Made by a program: the position numbers and the translations under genes
Assembly: GCA_010405405.1 (NCBI GenBank)
Contig: MU004234.1
Span: 66,671-105,152 of the forward strand
DNA length: 38,482 nt
Source of the DNA: Microthyrium microscopicum
Lineage: Eukaryota
Direction: 5' to 3'
In this document: piece after piece, positions 37,761 to 38,482 of the stretch
How positions within the stretch are numbered: the stretch's first letter is position 1
How the letters are laid out: each line of letters begins with the position of its first letter
The notes under the pieces: generated by a model
The model's database searches: none
What the model saw: only the letters and a program-made list of their open reading frames with translations
Told to the model about the DNA's origin: nothing

Positions 37761-38028
37761 TATTAGAAATAGGTTATTCTAAGTAGGTAAAGACTATAAT
37801 TATTATAATTTAAGTAGATACGTAAAAATAAGGATAAGAGTAATTACTAGGAAGTTACTTAGACCTTTATAATCTTTTTTCTTTATTACCTAGAGCTATA
37901 AAGACTCTACTAAGCTATCTATGTTTATAATAAGTTATTATTAGTTAACCTAACTAATAACGCTTTATTCTACGTAGACGTATCCTATTAGTAGTTATCT
38001 TAAACTAGAGGTGTCCTAGTTCCTAACA
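37761..38028 (-). repeat. Gypsy 5' LTR (268 bp)
   Basis: TATTAGAA...CCTAACA; followed internally on the minus strand by TAGTAA, consistent with a RIP-mutated TGG-starting PBS. Confidence 0.95.
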
Positions 38029-38482
38029 ACGTCTTCTTAATTAACTAAAATAAAACCTTATATAATAGGAATTCTACTAGATCCTAGATATAAATTAGTA
38101 TACTTTAATACTAATTTAGGTAGTATTCTATGCTTCTATTCTAATATATTAAATAATATTAATAGGATATTTAAAGTAGAGTACGATTTAGCTAAGGAGA
38201 GATTAATTAAATTAAATTTTCTTAACTAAAATACTACTACTTTAGTACTACAACCTAGTTCTACTAATAAACTAGAGAATAATTTAGATAGGAACCTCTT
38301 TTTAGGTAATAGAGCTAGAGCTACTTTACCTAATTAGGAAAGTACTACTAAATATATTTAGTATTTTAAAGAAGAGCTTACTAATCCTAATATATACCCT
38401 CTAGAATTTTAGAAAGAAAATAGACAAAAGTAGCTAATATTATATTACTTAGTAGTAAAATAGCTAGCTATTCCTACTACTT

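Larger units (their letters stand above)
29301..38028 (-). mobile_element. Ty3/Gypsy chromovirus LTR retrotransposon, ~8.7 kb, RIP-inactivated
   Basis: Two 268-bp LTRs; TSD ACGTC at 29296-29300 and 38029-38033; purine tract AAGAAGGAGGATAA next to the left LTR; order gag-PR-RT-RH-IN-chromodomain on the minus strand. Confidence 0.95.
16070..38482. other. AT-rich, RIP-mutated transposon block
   Basis: Abrupt drop in GC, strong TpA excess with CpA/TpG depletion, no intact ORFs, transposon motifs with Trp/Gln codons converted to stops, and LTR pairs whose differences (in the stretches compared by eye) are C/T and G/A transitions. Confidence 0.95.
24022..38482 (+). mobile_element. hAT DNA transposon B, inserted in the hAT-A transposase; carries an accessory module and a nested Gypsy; runs off the right edge
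   Basis: Terminus CAGGGTTGCGAATC at 24022 where the hAT-A frame stops, subterminal ATCTAGT repeats, plus-strand hAT transposase from about 27502. Predicted 8-bp TSD GACATATT (24014-24021). Confidence 0.85.
27502..38482 (+). pseudogene. hAT-B transposase with BED-finger-like region (27502-29300 joined to 38034-38482)
   Basis: KITYSLC...TSNFAIYYRRHYP, FIIDNNLSFNILDS*SFRDLL, FSITLNA* (first D), ITRDNASNN (second D), CYTTYIINLV (CxxH), DTR*NSTY, then in frame after the Gypsy GILLDPRYKL and PLEF*KEN...LAIPTT. The start is inferred from ATA (former ATG) at 27502. Confidence 0.9.

Noticed and set aside
16070..38482. Mitochondrial insertion, contaminant or alternative genetic code for the AT-rich half
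   Set aside because: Stops fall at conserved Trp/Gln positions of nuclear transposon proteins and the LTR differences are transitions, which is the RIP signature.
16070..38482. Starship or other giant tyrosine-recombinase element
   Set aside because: No captain/tyrosine-recombinase motifs seen; the boundaries are explained by hAT termini and LTRs.

Overview
Window from a filamentous ascomycete (Pezizomycotina-like) genome with two compartments. Bases 1-16069 have balanced GC and carry four supportable genes: the 5' part of a phosphoinositide phospholipase C (minus strand, runs off the left edge, missed by the ORF track), an 808-aa protein with a HEIP1/REDIC1-like N-terminus, a DOPA 4,5-dioxygenase-family gene and a two-exon DUF3112-like membrane protein. 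From 16070 to the end is an AT-rich, RIP-mutated nest of four transposons. A minus-strand hAT (hAT-A) is interrupted by a full Ty1/Copia (326-bp LTRs, TSD AAATA) and by a second, related plus-strand hAT (hAT-B). The hAT-B transposase is in turn interrupted by a full Ty3/Gypsy chromovirus (268-bp LTRs, TSD ACGTC). Two structures stand out. hAT-B carries a ~175-bp palindrome with mirror-image TATA-like boxes between two divergent multi-intron units, one of which reconstructs as a ~327-aa non-transposase protein. The Gypsy carries an apparently spliced antisense gene between pol and the 3' LTR. All translations in the RIP region were done by hand, reading TAA/TAG as former Gln/Trp codons.
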